From assembly GCA_963845195.1 (NCBI GenBank), contig CAWJRH010000004.1, positions 1,796,343 through 1,860,342 of the forward strand: a stretch of DNA of 64,000 bases, read 5' to 3'. This DNA is from an uncultured delta proteobacterium (GTDB taxonomy: Bacteria > Myxococcota_A > Polyangia > Polyangiales > Houyiibacteriaceae). The stretch's first letter is position 1. Every line of letters starts with the position of its first letter. Of this stretch, positions 9,556 to 19,903 are shown one piece after another. A model generated the notes under the pieces. That model made no database searches. It saw nothing but the letters and a program-made list of their open reading frames with translations, and was not told where the DNA came from. Position numbers and translations under genes: made by a program.

Positions 9556-9568
9556 ATTTGGCGCAGCG

Positions 9569-10654
9569 CTACTGCAGCCGGACGGTGACGCGCTCAGGAC
9601 TTCGAGTGTTGTCGAGATATACGTATTCGGGTCGTGCGTTTTCCGCCCGCAGACGGGCCAAAACCTGTCGCAGACGACGAAGCTTCTGTCGGTGGTGGGC
9701 GACACCGAGCCGCACCCGCACCCCGTCTTCACCGACGTAGAGCTCGACACCGTGCGCGCCGTCAAAGTGAATTTCAGAGACCGGTTCAGAGCCTGCGAGA
9801 CCCGCACCTTCGTAGTCGTGCAGCAGCGCCATCGAACGCAAGAGCACCGCGGTACGATAGTCGAGGTCGTCGTAGAACCGTTCGGAGGCAATCCCGGTAA
9901 TCACGGGAAGATCTGCGGGATCGTCGACCCCAAGGCGCTTGAAGAGCACACCCTCTTCGCTGACGAGATAGAGCTGATCCAGCGCTACGATCGCAACCGG
10001 GACCCGTTCCACGACGGCGATACGCATTCGGTTAGGCAGCTTGCGCACCACCGTAGCGTCTTTAATCCAAGGATGTTGAAGCAAATGATTCCGAGCATCT
10101 TCTGTCGAAACTTCGAAAGCGTTTGAACCTAACTGCAGCCCCGAAGCCCTGCGCACGTCGAGCTCGCCGAGCCGGGTGTTTCCCTCGATGAAGACTTCCT
10201 TCACAGCAAACGCATCCGCCGTACGTGCGTAATGGACGGTCTGACGCCCCACCAAGACCACCGCACCCACGCAGAGCACGAGGAGCGCGACGGCGCGAGC
10301 CTGCCGTCTCAAGTTCGGACGGCCATTCCACCACGCGCGCATCCGCGAGGGAATGGCCAGGAGTCGCTCGCGCCAGGGCGTCGGGGCTGAGACTCGGGGC
10401 TTCCTGGCCGGTTTGCGGCGGTTTCGGGATGATGCCTTCGCTTTTGCGCGCGCCTCAGCCGCCTTCGCGCGCGCGGTTGGCTTCGCCTTGGCCGTGGGTT
10501 TGACCTTCGATTTGCCCTGAGCCTGTGTCTTCGGTTTGGCTTTTCGCGTTGCTCGCTTCGGGGGCGCCTTGTTCGTGGCCGCACGCGCGCCGGGTGCCCG
10601 CCGCTTGGGGACTTTGCGCCGTCCGCTGCTGGAGGACGAGGTACGAAGGTTCAT
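9569..10654 (-). CDS. ftsQ: Cell division protein FtsQ/DivIB with a long basic N-terminal extension
   Basis: One TM helix, POTRA-like region (VKEVFIEGNTRL...HPWIKDATVVRKLPNRMRIAVVERVP), YVYLDN near C-terminus; position between murC and ftsA. Confidence 0.92.
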   Translation of the reverse strand: MNLRTSSSSSGRRKVPKRRAPGARAATNKAPPKRATRKAKPKTQAQGKSKVKPTAKAKPTARAKAAEARAKAKASSRNRRKPARKPRVSAPTPWRERLLAIPSRMRAWWNGRPNLRRQARAVALLVLCVGAVVLVGRQTVHYARTADAFAVKEVFIEGNTRLGELDVRRASGLQLGSNAFEVSTEDARNHLLQHPWIKDATVVRKLPNRMRIAVVERVPVAIVALDQLYLVSEEGVLFKRLGVDDPADLPVITGIASERFYDDLDYRTAVLLRSMALLHDYEGAGLAGSEPVSEIHFDGAHGVELYVGEDGVRVRLGVAHHRQKLRRLRQVLARLRAENARPEYVYLDNTRSPERVTVRLQ

Positions 10655-12024
10655 CAGCTCAACGCCTCGACGAGCTCTGGCCCGGTACGGGTGATATCGC
10701 CCGCGCCGAGGGTCAGCACGACGTCGCCAGGGCGCAGTCGACCCCGGATCGCCTCAGCCAACTCGCTTCGGTCCTTTACCAGCGTCACGTCGCGATGCCC
10801 GTGTGCGCGGATCGCCTCTGCCAGGTGATGCGCATCTGCCCCCTCGATGGGGATTTCACCCGCTGCGTAGACGTCGGTCAAGAATAGAACGTCGGCCCGA
10901 TTGAACGCGCGCGTGAGTTCGTCGAACAGATCGCGAGTGCGCGTGTAGCGATGTGGCTGAAAGGCAACCACGATTCGCGCTCCAAAGGCGCGCTGAGCTG
11001 CTTCGAGGGTGACTTCGACTTCCGCCGGGTGGTGTCCGTAGTCGTCGATGATCGTCACACCGCCAACTTCGCCGACGATGGAGAAACGCCTCTGCACGCC
11101 CTCGAAAGTGCGGAGAGCAGCGCGAACCTGGTCACGGTCCACTCTGAGTTCGTCGGCGACCGCGATGGTCGCAAGCGCATTGAGCACATTGTGGTTGCCG
11201 GGCATACGCACCTCGAACTGGCCGAGGCTCTGCCCGCGATGTTCGACGTCGAAGCCGACCGAGAGCCCGGAGAAGACTGGATTGCGTGCGCGATAGTCTG
11301 CCTGCGCAGAAAACCCATAGGTCACCATTCGCTTGTCGATGCGCGGCAGGATGTCCTGCACGTTCGGGTGATCGAGGCAGGTGACTACGACCCCATAGAA
11401 AGGAACGCGATTGGCGAATCCAACGAACGCGTCCTTGACGCCGTCGAGGGTGCCGTAGTGATCGAGGTGTTCTGGGTCGATGTTGGTGATCACGGCCACG
11501 GCCGGGATGAGGTGGAGAAAGGAGCCGTCCGACTCGTCGGCCTCGGCAACGAGCAGATCGCCCGCCCCCATCGCGGCGCCCGACCCGAGCGCGTTGAGCT
11601 TGCCCCCGATGACGACGGTGGGGTCGAGCCCCGCAGCGCGCAGCACGGTGGCCACCAAGGAGGTCGTGGTCGTTTTTCCATGAGACCCGGCGATCGCGAT
11701 GCCGTCTTTGAGCCTCATCAGCTCCCCAAGCATCTCTGCGCGGGGGATGACCGGAACCCCGCGGCGATGTGCAGCGACAAGCTCCGGATTGGTGGCTGGG
11801 ACGGCCGAGGAGAACACCACGACGTCCGCATCGTCGACTTGTGCGGCGTCGTGTCCCACGAAGAGCCGGGCCCCCTTGTCAGTGAGGCGTCGCGTGTATT
11901 CGTTCTGACGGAGGTCGGAGCCCGTGACTTCGAAGCCCGAGTCGAGGAGCACCTCGGCGATGCCACTCATCCCGACCCCGCCGACCCCGACGAAATGAAT
12001 GGAGCGAATGCGTCCGCGAAACAC
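10654..12024 (-). CDS. murC: UDP-N-acetylmuramate--L-alanine ligase
   Basis: [53 protein letters not shown]. Confidence 0.97.
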   Translation of the reverse strand: MFRGRIRSIHFVGVGGVGMSGIAEVLLDSGFEVTGSDLRQNEYTRRLTDKGARLFVGHDAAQVDDADVVVFSSAVPATNPELVAAHRRGVPVIPRAEMLGELMRLKDGIAIAGSHGKTTTTSLVATVLRAAGLDPTVVIGGKLNALGSGAAMGAGDLLVAEADESDGSFLHLIPAVAVITNIDPEHLDHYGTLDGVKDAFVGFANRVPFYGVVVTCLDHPNVQDILPRIDKRMVTYGFSAQADYRARNPVFSGLSVGFDVEHRGQSLGQFEVRMPGNHNVLNALATIAVADELRVDRDQVRAALRTFEGVQRRFSIVGEVGGVTIIDDYGHHPAEVEVTLEAAQRAFGARIVVAFQPHRYTRTRDLFDELTRAFNRADVLFLTDVYAAGEIPIEGADAHHLAEAIRAHGHRDVTLVKDRSELAEAIRGRLRPGDVVLTLGAGDITRTGPELVEALS

Positions 12025-12030
12025 TCGAGA

Positions 12031-13305
12031 CTACTCCCACACTGCGCCGTCAACCACAACGGGCCGCCGGGCTCGAGGGCTGGGCGCCCGAAACGCGACG
12101 CCGGCATACCCGAGCTGAAGTCCTGCCGCATGCGCGAACGCGCTCGATCCGTCTCCAGACCCACCTCGACGCGCGGGCGCCGGGACGGGGTCTGATGCCG
12201 TGGTGGCGACACCGAGCCAATCGACTAGGTCGTCAACGATCGTTGCTGCGGCATCGGGGCGACCGTGTCGACGCGCGGCCGAGGCCATTGTCCGTCGCGC
12301 ATTTGGATCGTCCAAGAGCTCCGCTACCTTGGCACCAAAGGCGTCTGCATCGAGCTCGCCCTCTCGAATGCACAGAGCCGCGCCCTGCTCTTGGAGCGCG
12401 AGCGCGTTCTTGGCCTGATGGTCGTCCGCGGCGAAAGGAAACGGCACCAGAATCGACGGGCGGCCAATCGCGCACAGCTCGGCAAGCGTCGTGGCGCCGG
12501 CTCGCGCGATGACCAGCGCGGAGTTCGCGTAGGCCTTGGCCATCTCGTCGATGAACGTGACGACCTCCGCATCGATTCCGAGGGCCGCATAGGTCTCGCG
12601 AACCGATTCACGCATCGCTTCGCCGGTCTGGTGCACCACCCTGAGCTTTCGGTCGGCGACGCCCGCCCGGGCCAATGCGAGCGGCACTTGTTCATTGAGC
12701 CCCCGCGCGCCCTGCGAGCCTCCGAGAACCAAGATCGACGTGGCGCGCGCCTCGAACCCTTCGGGGTCGGCGATGGCGCGGCGAGCTTGCCCGACGAACT
12801 CGCGCCGGACCGGGTTGCCAGTCAATCGCGATTTGTCCGACCCGAACACATCTTCTGTCTCCTCGAAGGTGATGTACGCGCGGTCGACGAACCGGGACAG
12901 AAGCCGATTGGTCAGGCCCACCTGGGCATTCTGCTCGAGGACGGCGGTCTGCCGCCCGGCAAGGGAGGCTGCAAGAAGCACCGGTCCTGAGGCGTAGCCG
13001 CCTACCCCAAGCACGAGATCCGGGTCAAACGCTCGGATTCGCGCGGAAGCCTCGCGCATCGCTCCGGGAATCTTGGCCATGCTCCCAAAGCGTGCGCCGA
13101 AGCCCTGCCCTTTGAGGGGTCGGATCTCGAGCAGATCGAGCGCCTCGCCCCTCTCGGGAAGGATCCGCGCTTCGATACCCCGAGCGGTGCCCACGAACCG
13201 GACCTCGAGATCGTCGACGCGTCGCCGTAGTTCTTCGACGACGGCCAACCCCGGGAAGAGATGACCCCCGGTACCGCCCCCAGCAACCATGATCCGCCGA
13301 ATCAT
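12031..13305 (-). CDS. murG: Lipid I N-acetylglucosamine transferase MurG
   Basis: AGGGTGGHLFPG, GVGGYASGP, EQNA, GNPVR, GGSQGA, RAGATT, DHQAKNA; start ATG 13305 overlaps ftsW stop. Confidence 0.97.
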   Translation of the reverse strand: MIRRIMVAGGGTGGHLFPGLAVVEELRRRVDDLEVRFVGTARGIEARILPERGEALDLLEIRPLKGQGFGARFGSMAKIPGAMREASARIRAFDPDLVLGVGGYASGPVLLAASLAGRQTAVLEQNAQVGLTNRLLSRFVDRAYITFEETEDVFGSDKSRLTGNPVRREFVGQARRAIADPEGFEARATSILVLGGSQGARGLNEQVPLALARAGVADRKLRVVHQTGEAMRESVRETYAALGIDAEVVTFIDEMAKAYANSALVIARAGATTLAELCAIGRPSILVPFPFAADDHQAKNALALQEQGAALCIREGELDADAFGAKVAELLDDPNARRTMASAARRHGRPDAAATIVDDLVDWLGVATTASDPVPAPARRGGSGDGSSAFAHAAGLQLGYAGVAFRAPSPRARRPVVVDGAVWE

Positions 13306-14501
13306 CGCGCACCTCCACCTGCGGTTCGAAGCCGCCGCTTGATCGGCACCCGTTGGGGGCCTTTGGTCTTTTCTTCGGCGAGCGGCTTCACCGCGAACCG
13401 AGAGACATTCAAAACGAGCCCTGCCGCAGCCACATTGACCAGCAGCGACGAGCCTCCGTAACTGACGAAGGGAAGCGCGAGCCCCTTCGTGGGCAGCAAA
13501 CCCATCGCGACCGCGAGGTTCGTGAAGGCTTGGAGTCCGATGAAGAGCGTCATTCCGGCGGCGAGGTAGCCCGCGTACTCGTCCTGGGTACGCCACGCTG
13601 CACGCAGACCGCGAAAGACGATCCACGCGAATGCAAGCGCGAGCGCAAAGACCCCGAGGAACCCCAACTCTTCGCCGACGATGGCGCTGATGAAGTCGGT
13701 GTGGGCCTCCGGAAGAAACAGCAGTTTCTGTCGACCATCGCCAAGTCCGACTCCGGTCCAGCCCCCCGAGCCGAAACCCATCAGCGACTCGGTGATCTGG
13801 TAGCCAGCTCCCTGCCGATGCTCGAACGGTTCGAGGAAGGCCTTGATGCGTCGCATCCGGTAGGGGGACGAGGCAATCGCGGCGTAGCCGATCGGCAGCG
13901 CAATCATGACTCCGCCGAGGAGATACCCAGCACGCGCCCCTGCCGCGAACAGGACCACGAACGTCAGCAACGCGATCATGACCGCGCTACCGAAATCAGG
14001 CTGCGCCAGGCACAGGATCATCAACAAGCCCATGACGATGACGTGTGGGAGAAACCCGATCGAGAACGATCGGACCCGGTTGGCCTTCTTCGCGAGGGAG
14101 TGGGCAAGCCATAGAATCATGGCGAGCTTCGCGAGTTCGGCTGGCTGTACGTTGACTGGACCCAGTCGTAGCCAGCGCGTTGCTCCACCAGCGCTCTTTC
14201 CGAGTCCAAGAGCGACCGCGATCATCATGATCACGGACACCAGCAGAATCGGGTAGGTGAACTTGCGGAGCACGTCGAGATCGACGCGCGTGCAAACGAC
14301 CAGTACCACCAGCGCGACCACGGTAAAAACCGTCTGCCGAATCAAGAAGTGGGCGCTGTCTCCGTACATGCGCGCCGCGTACACCGCGCTTGCGCTGTAG
14401 ACCATGACAACGCCAAACGCGATGAGCGCGATCAACGTAGCGGCGAGCGAGACGTCTATTGGACCGGGTTCCATCTGCGGAGGCGACGACGGCGTTCTCA
14501 T
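13302..14501 (-). CDS. ftsW: Peptidoglycan polymerase FtsW (SEDS)
   Basis: GVVMVYSAS, GATRWL, QPAELAK, QPDFGS, LPEAHTDFI, LPFVSYGGSSL; start ATG 14501 overlaps murD stop. Confidence 0.97.
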   Translation of the reverse strand: MRTPSSPPQMEPGPIDVSLAATLIALIAFGVVMVYSASAVYAARMYGDSAHFLIRQTVFTVVALVVLVVCTRVDLDVLRKFTYPILLVSVIMMIAVALGLGKSAGGATRWLRLGPVNVQPAELAKLAMILWLAHSLAKKANRVRSFSIGFLPHVIVMGLLMILCLAQPDFGSAVMIALLTFVVLFAAGARAGYLLGGVMIALPIGYAAIASSPYRMRRIKAFLEPFEHRQGAGYQITESLMGFGSGGWTGVGLGDGRQKLLFLPEAHTDFISAIVGEELGFLGVFALALAFAWIVFRGLRAAWRTQDEYAGYLAAGMTLFIGLQAFTNLAVAMGLLPTKGLALPFVSYGGSSLLVNVAAAGLVLNVSRFAVKPLAEEKTKGPQRVPIKRRLRTAGGGAR

Positions 14502-15850
14502 TTCATTCCTCCCAGCGCGGCAACCGCGTGCTGAAACGCTTCCCCTCGTTCCGCATACGAACGGAACATGTCGAAACTCGAACACGCCGGAGCAAGGAGC
14601 ACGATGTCTCCGGGCTCGGCGTGACCGGAAGCTTGGTGGACCGCGTCCCCCATCGTGTCGGCGCGACTGAACGGAACCGCTGAACCTTGGAGAGACTCCT
14701 CGATTAGCGGCGCGGCCTCTCCAAGGACCACGACGGCCCTTCCTGAAGACTCCATTCGGTCGCGCAAGGGCCGATAGCTCCCACCTTTGTCGACCCCCCC
14801 AGCGATGAGCACCACCTTGCCCCCGCGGAGCGTGAGCCCTTCGATGGAAGCGACGGCGGCGCCCACGTTGGTCGCCTTGGAGTCGTCGATGTAGTCGACG
14901 CCGTCCGCCGTACCGACGTACTGCATACGATGGGGCAGGCCTTCGAACTCGCGCAAGGTCTTGGCGATCGCGCTCGGAGTGACGCCGATGATTCGTGCAA
15001 CGAGCGCCGCGGCGCAGGCGTTCTCGAGATTGTGGGTGCCGCGCAGGCGAAGGTCGCTTGCTAGAACACGGAGCCCTGTCTCAGGATCGCAGATCGCGCC
15101 GCCTTCGAGGCGAACCGCGCCCGTCTCGGCGCCGAACTCGAGGACTGCACCCTGCCCTGAGATGAGCGCGCGGAGCGCTGGATCCGCGGCAGAAACTACC
15201 GCGTAGTCTCCCCCGTCCTGACGTTCGAAGATTCTCGCCTTGGCGGCGGCATAGTCGGCGAAAGACCCGTAACGATCGAGATGATCGTCACTGATGTTGA
15301 GCAACACGGCGACGTGCACCTTGAGCGTGGACACGCGCTCGAGCTGAAAGCTCGACAGCTCGGCGACGACGAGCCCATCGGGCCTTGCCGCATCGGTCTC
15401 GGCGACTTCGATGAGAGGCTGTCCGAGGTTCCCGCCGACGAAGGTCGGTCGGCCGAGATGGCGCGCGAGATCGCCAATGAGCGTGGTGACAGTGCTCTTT
15501 CCGTTGGTCCCCGTGACCGCGACGATGGGAGCCTCGATAAAGCGTGCGGCAAGTTCGATCTCGCCGATGGTTTCGACCCCCGATGCCTCGGCGGCTGCGA
15601 TTGCGTCGAGCGGTGGAACGCCCGGAGAGACGACGATCAGATCCGCCTCTCGAAACGTGGCGGCCGGATGCCCGCCAAGAACCAGCTCGGCGCCCGTCTG
15701 CTCAGCCTCGATGGCTGCAGCGCCGAGGGAGGCGCGGTCCCGCGAATCGTTGGCGACCAGGCGCGCGCCTTTGCGGCCCAAGAAGCGCAGAGCTGCCAAG
15801 CCCGATTTCCCGAGGCCGACGACGATCACCTTCTTGCCGGAAAGCTCCAC
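14498..15850 (-). CDS. murD: UDP-N-acetylmuramoyl-L-alanine--D-glutamate ligase
   Basis: VVGLGKSG, VVSPGV, VTGTNGKSTVT, ELSSFQL, DDSKATN, LLAPACSSFDMF; GTG 15850 with GAGG upstream. Confidence 0.97.
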   Translation of the reverse strand: MELSGKKVIVVGLGKSGLAALRFLGRKGARLVANDSRDRASLGAAAIEAEQTGAELVLGGHPAATFREADLIVVSPGVPPLDAIAAAEASGVETIGEIELAARFIEAPIVAVTGTNGKSTVTTLIGDLARHLGRPTFVGGNLGQPLIEVAETDAARPDGLVVAELSSFQLERVSTLKVHVAVLLNISDDHLDRYGSFADYAAAKARIFERQDGGDYAVVSAADPALRALISGQGAVLEFGAETGAVRLEGGAICDPETGLRVLASDLRLRGTHNLENACAAALVARIIGVTPSAIAKTLREFEGLPHRMQYVGTADGVDYIDDSKATNVGAAVASIEGLTLRGGKVVLIAGGVDKGGSYRPLRDRMESSGRAVVVLGEAAPLIEESLQGSAVPFSRADTMGDAVHQASGHAEPGDIVLLAPACSSFDMFRSYAERGEAFQHAVAALGGMK

Positions 15851-15852
15851 CT

Positions 15853-16980
15853 CTACCTCAGCTTCAACGTGGCCAGGCTCGCCGCGGCGAGCATGATCGA
15901 GATGATCCAGAATCGGACGATGACTCGGGGCTCGGGCCAACCCTTCTTCTCGTAGTGATGATGGATCGGCGCCATCAAGAAGATGCGCCTACGGGTCAAC
16001 CGAAAGTACCCAACCTGGAGGATTACGCTGACGGCCTCGACGACGAAGATGCCGCACAAGATGATCGACAAGAGCTCGTTCTTGGTGAGCACCGCAAGAG
16101 CCCCAAGCCCACCCCCGAGCGCCAGCGAACCGACATCCCCCATGAAGACTTGAGCAGGATAGGTGTTGTACCAAAGGAAGCCGAACCCGACGCCGACCAT
16201 CGATGCGGCGAAGATACTGAGTTCGCCTGCGCTCTCGATGTGAGGGATGTCGAGGTAGTTCGCGACGATGTTGCCGAACAAGGTGAGACCCGCCAGGTAG
16301 GCGAGGATGCCGTAGGTGCCCGCCGCCGTCATGACCGGGCCGATCGCGAGCCCATCGAGCCCGTCGGTGAGATTGACGGCGTTGGAGGTACCGACGATCA
16401 CCACCGACGCGAACAGCACATAGAGCCAAGGAGGAAGCTCGAAGTGATACTTCGAGAACGCGAAAAACGGCGCCGCCAATCGGTAGCGGATCTCGAGCCA
16501 GTCGCTGGGGAGCCCGGCCTCTCCGTAGAAGAGCCACCCGCAGACTGCGATCGCCGTCGCAAACTGGAGCAGAAGCTTGTAGCGGCCGGCGAGACCGCCG
16601 GTCGAACGCGTGCGGATCTTCGATGCGTCGTCGATGTAGCCAACGACGCCGTAGGCGACAGTGATCAACGTCACCACCCAAACCATCGAATTCGATGGGT
16701 CCGCCCACAGGACCGTGGAAAGCACCAGCGCCAGAAGCATCAGGGCGCCGCCCATCGTCGGGGTACCGGCCTTGGAGAAATGAGTCTCGGGGCCGTCGGC
16801 ACGAATCACCTGACCGATCTGCCGACGCTGAAGCCGCCGAATGAACCACGGATAGAGTCCGAAAGTGAGCAACAGCGCTGTCATCGTCGCGGCGAGAAAA
16901 CGAAAGGGCAAATAGCGAAGGACGTTCAGAAACGAGAGCGAGTCGTGCGTGTGAAGCGGGTAGAGGAGATAGTAGATCAC
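15853..16980 (-). CDS. mraY: Phospho-N-acetylmuramoyl-pentapeptide transferase
   Basis: KAGTPTMGG, GYIDD, NAVNLTDGLDGLA, PAQVFMGDVGS, MAPIHHHYE. Confidence 0.98.
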   Translation of the reverse strand: MIYYLLYPLHTHDSLSFLNVLRYLPFRFLAATMTALLLTFGLYPWFIRRLQRRQIGQVIRADGPETHFSKAGTPTMGGALMLLALVLSTVLWADPSNSMVWVVTLITVAYGVVGYIDDASKIRTRSTGGLAGRYKLLLQFATAIAVCGWLFYGEAGLPSDWLEIRYRLAAPFFAFSKYHFELPPWLYVLFASVVIVGTSNAVNLTDGLDGLAIGPVMTAAGTYGILAYLAGLTLFGNIVANYLDIPHIESAGELSIFAASMVGVGFGFLWYNTYPAQVFMGDVGSLALGGGLGALAVLTKNELLSIILCGIFVVEAVSVILQVGYFRLTRRRIFLMAPIHHHYEKKGWPEPRVIVRFWIISIMLAAASLATLKLR

Positions 16981-18380
16981 GGCGAGGGCTCCTCGAGCAG
17001 CGGTTCGAGGACGCGCTCCATCGCCATCGAGCGGGAGCCTTTGACGAGGACGACGGCATTGAGCGGAAGGCGGTCGGCCAGCTCGCCACAGTCAGAGGAG
17101 TCTTCGAACCACAGGGTGTCGGCGCCCTCCGCGCTCGCCACGTCGACCGCGGCGTGCATCTCAGAGCCGCACCCGACGAACAGGAAGGCCCCGCTCGCGG
17201 CTACTTGGCTGCCGATTCGCTTGTGCGCGCGCTCGCTGTGGTCGCCGAGCTCTTTCATGTCGCCCAACGCGACCACCAGCGGAGCCTGACGGAGTTCCGC
17301 CACCTGTTTTGCGGTTTCGAGCGCCAGCTCGACCGACGCCGGGCTTGCGTTGTAGCTGTCATCGATGAGGACACGGTCGTCGCGGCCGCGTCGCCAGTGC
17401 AGTCGTCCTGCCGACGGCGTGACGCCAGACATGCCCTTGGCTGCCTTGTGGGGGTCGAGATCGAGCCCGAATACGACCGCGAGCGAAGCGGCAGCGGCCA
17501 ACACCGCACCCTCACCAAGCATGACCAGTCGTAGCTCGATCGCGTCGCCTCGAACCTGAACGGTCGCGCGGGTGCCGCCCTCGACTACTTCGCGATCGAG
17601 GACTCGAACGTCGTTCTCAGATGCACGTCCGTAGAACAGCTTGCGCCGGGCCCGAACCATCGCCGCGCGCTTGCGGAGTGCCCCGTCGTCACCGTAGGTC
17701 ACGGCCACGCCTTCAGCGGTAAGCGCCCCGTGAAGTGACATCTTTTCGTCGGCGACGGCCTCCACGGAGCCGAGCCCTTGCGTGTGCGCCATCGAGGCAT
17801 ACGTGACGACCGTCACGTCCGGCGCGGTGATGGCCGCGAGTCGTGGAATCTCCCCAGCCTGGCTGGTACCCATCTCGATCACCGCAGTGTTGAACCGGGG
17901 CTCGAGCCGGAACAACGTCATCGGAACCCCAATGCGGTTGTTGAGGTTGCCCTGGGTCTTGAGGACGGCGCACCCGTTTGCCTCGAGCGCAGCGGCGAGG
18001 AGATCCTTGGTCGTCGTCTTGCCGACGGACCCGGTAATGCCCACCAGCGTACCTGCCCAGGCCTTGCGGTACGCGTGCGCAAGGTCTCCCAGGGCCTCGA
18101 GGGTATCGTCGACGACGACCGCAGGCAGACCATCGCTTGGCGTTGCCTGTCGATCGATCAGCACCGCATGGGCGCCGGCTTCAATCGCCTGGTCGATGAA
18201 CGCGTGCCCGTCGAAGCGCTCGCCTCGAAGCGCGACGAACAGATTCCCGGGCTCGACGGCGCGAGAGTTCGTCGTCACGCCCGTGACTGACTCCCAGTCG
18301 CCGCGAAACTCGCCTCCGGTCGCCGAGACGACCTCTTCGGCAGTGAAGGTCGCCGCGTTCTTTGGGATCGGCGTCGCCAT
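16977..18380 (-). CDS. murF: UDP-N-acetylmuramoyl-tripeptide--D-alanyl-D-alanine ligase
   Basis: GERFDGH, ITGSVGKTTTK, NLNNRIGVP, DDSYNASP, GDMKELG, VKGSR. Confidence 0.96.
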   Translation of the reverse strand: MATPIPKNAATFTAEEVVSATGGEFRGDWESVTGVTTNSRAVEPGNLFVALRGERFDGHAFIDQAIEAGAHAVLIDRQATPSDGLPAVVVDDTLEALGDLAHAYRKAWAGTLVGITGSVGKTTTKDLLAAALEANGCAVLKTQGNLNNRIGVPMTLFRLEPRFNTAVIEMGTSQAGEIPRLAAITAPDVTVVTYASMAHTQGLGSVEAVADEKMSLHGALTAEGVAVTYGDDGALRKRAAMVRARRKLFYGRASENDVRVLDREVVEGGTRATVQVRGDAIELRLVMLGEGAVLAAAASLAVVFGLDLDPHKAAKGMSGVTPSAGRLHWRRGRDDRVLIDDSYNASPASVELALETAKQVAELRQAPLVVALGDMKELGDHSERAHKRIGSQVAASGAFLFVGCGSEMHAAVDVASAEGADTLWFEDSSDCGELADRLPLNAVVLVKGSRSMAMERVLEPLLEEPSP

Positions 18381-19903
18381 CAGGAAACCCCTCCGCGCTC
18401 CGCAATGGCGCGACGCGCCTCGTCGCGGTCGTCGAAGTCCAACCGATCGGTGCCGATCAGCTGATAGGTTTCGTGCCCTTTGCCCGCGATCAGAACGGTG
18501 TCTCCGGGCCTCGCAGAACCGATTGCCAGCGCAATCGCGGCGCGCCGATCGGCTTCTCGAACGTATCCGCGGGTCGCAGCGCGAAGCGCGCCGGGATCGA
18601 CCGGAACGAGCCCCGCCTCTTCCGCTCCCGCGACGATCTGGTCGAGGATCGCCTCGGGGTCTTCCGTCCTGGGGTTGTCACTGGTGATGACGGCAAGGTC
18701 CGCGGATCCCGCCACTGCGCCCATCTGAGGACGCTTGCCCCGATCGCGGTCTCCGCCCGCACCAAATACGACGAGAAGCCGCCCCGGTGTGACGGCGCGC
18801 ATCGTATCGAGCACGCGTGCCAACGCGTCGGGGGTGTGCGCGTAGTCGACGAGGACAGCGACGTCTCCGGGGTGCTCGATTCGCTCGAGTCGTCCCGGGC
18901 TCCCGGTCGTCGTGCGCCAAACGTCGGCCGCTTGGTCGAGGTCGTAGCCGAGCGCGTAGAGACAGCCGAGCGCAACCAGGAGGTTTTCGAGATTGTGCTC
19001 ACCCAGCATTGGGCTTCGAATCTCGACGGTACCGGCAGGGGTCCGCACCGAGGCGGAGATGCCTTCGCGTGTCATCGCGGCTTCGGTCGCGACGATCTCG
19101 GCGCCGCTGTCCGCACGGCGCGAACACCGGATGAGCCCCGCCCCACAACGCTTGGCGAGCTCTGCGCCGAATGGGTCGTCGATATGAACGACCGCGTGTC
19201 GTGGCGAGAGGTCGGTAAACAGTCGTGCCTTGGCTTCGCCGTATGCTTCGAAGCTCCCGTGAAAGTCGAGGTGATCTCTCGAGAGATTCGTGAACGCGGC
19301 GACCTCAAAGGTGATCGCGTCGACCCGTCGAAGGGCAAGCCCGTGACTCGACACCTCGATGACGAGGTGACGCGAACCCGAATCAATCGCGCGGCGCGCG
19401 AACCGCGAGATGTCGTCGCCCTCGGGGGTCGTATGGGCGGACTCGACCATAGTCTCGCCGATGGCGAGGCCGGTTGTCCCGATCATCGCAACCGGCCCCT
19501 CGAATGGTTCGAGCGCGGCTTTGACGAGCGACGCCGTCGTGGTCTTTCCGTTGGTTCCCGTAATCCCAACCGTGCGCAGCGCGGCCGTGGGTCGTCCGCA
19601 TACGAGTTCCGCTGCAAGAGCCAGTCCGAGCCGCGCATCCTCGACGACGAGCTGCGGCAAGTCGGTCTCGACTTCCCGTTCTGCCATGACCGCTACGGCT
19701 CCTCGCGCCAACGCGTCGTCGACGAAGCGCAGTCCGTCTGCGCGGTGTCCCGGAATCGCCACGAAGAGATCGCCTTCGGTGACACGCCGTGAATCGTGTT
19801 GCACTCCAGTGACCAACTGGGTGGCCGCGCCCAGGATCCTCCCGCGAACTCCGGCCTGCTGGAGGTCAGCGATCGTCATGGTCGCGTTCTGGTCAGCGTG
19901 CAT
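18380..19903 (-). CDS. murE: UDP-N-acetylmuramoyl-L-alanyl-D-glutamate--meso-DAP ligase
   Basis: ITGTNGKTTT, EVSSHGL, NLSRDHLDFH, VDYAHTPDAL, GGDRD, SDNPR (DAP-specific DNPR). Confidence 0.97.
   Translation of the reverse strand: MHADQNATMTIADLQQAGVRGRILGAATQLVTGVQHDSRRVTEGDLFVAIPGHRADGLRFVDDALARGAVAVMAEREVETDLPQLVVEDARLGLALAAELVCGRPTAALRTVGITGTNGKTTTASLVKAALEPFEGPVAMIGTTGLAIGETMVESAHTTPEGDDISRFARRAIDSGSRHLVIEVSSHGLALRRVDAITFEVAAFTNLSRDHLDFHGSFEAYGEAKARLFTDLSPRHAVVHIDDPFGAELAKRCGAGLIRCSRRADSGAEIVATEAAMTREGISASVRTPAGTVEIRSPMLGEHNLENLLVALGCLYALGYDLDQAADVWRTTTGSPGRLERIEHPGDVAVLVDYAHTPDALARVLDTMRAVTPGRLLVVFGAGGDRDRGKRPQMGAVAGSADLAVITSDNPRTEDPEAILDQIVAGAEEAGLVPVDPGALRAATRGYVREADRRAAIALAIGSARPGDTVLIAGKGHETYQLIGTDRLDFDDRDEARRAIAERGGVS

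Noticed and set aside
12031-13626. ORF-track N-terminal extensions (murG, murD, rsmH, pyrB, DUF1343, yajQ, ftsZ, ftsA)
   Set aside because: They run into the upstream genes; stop-start overlaps and family N-termini fix shorter starts.
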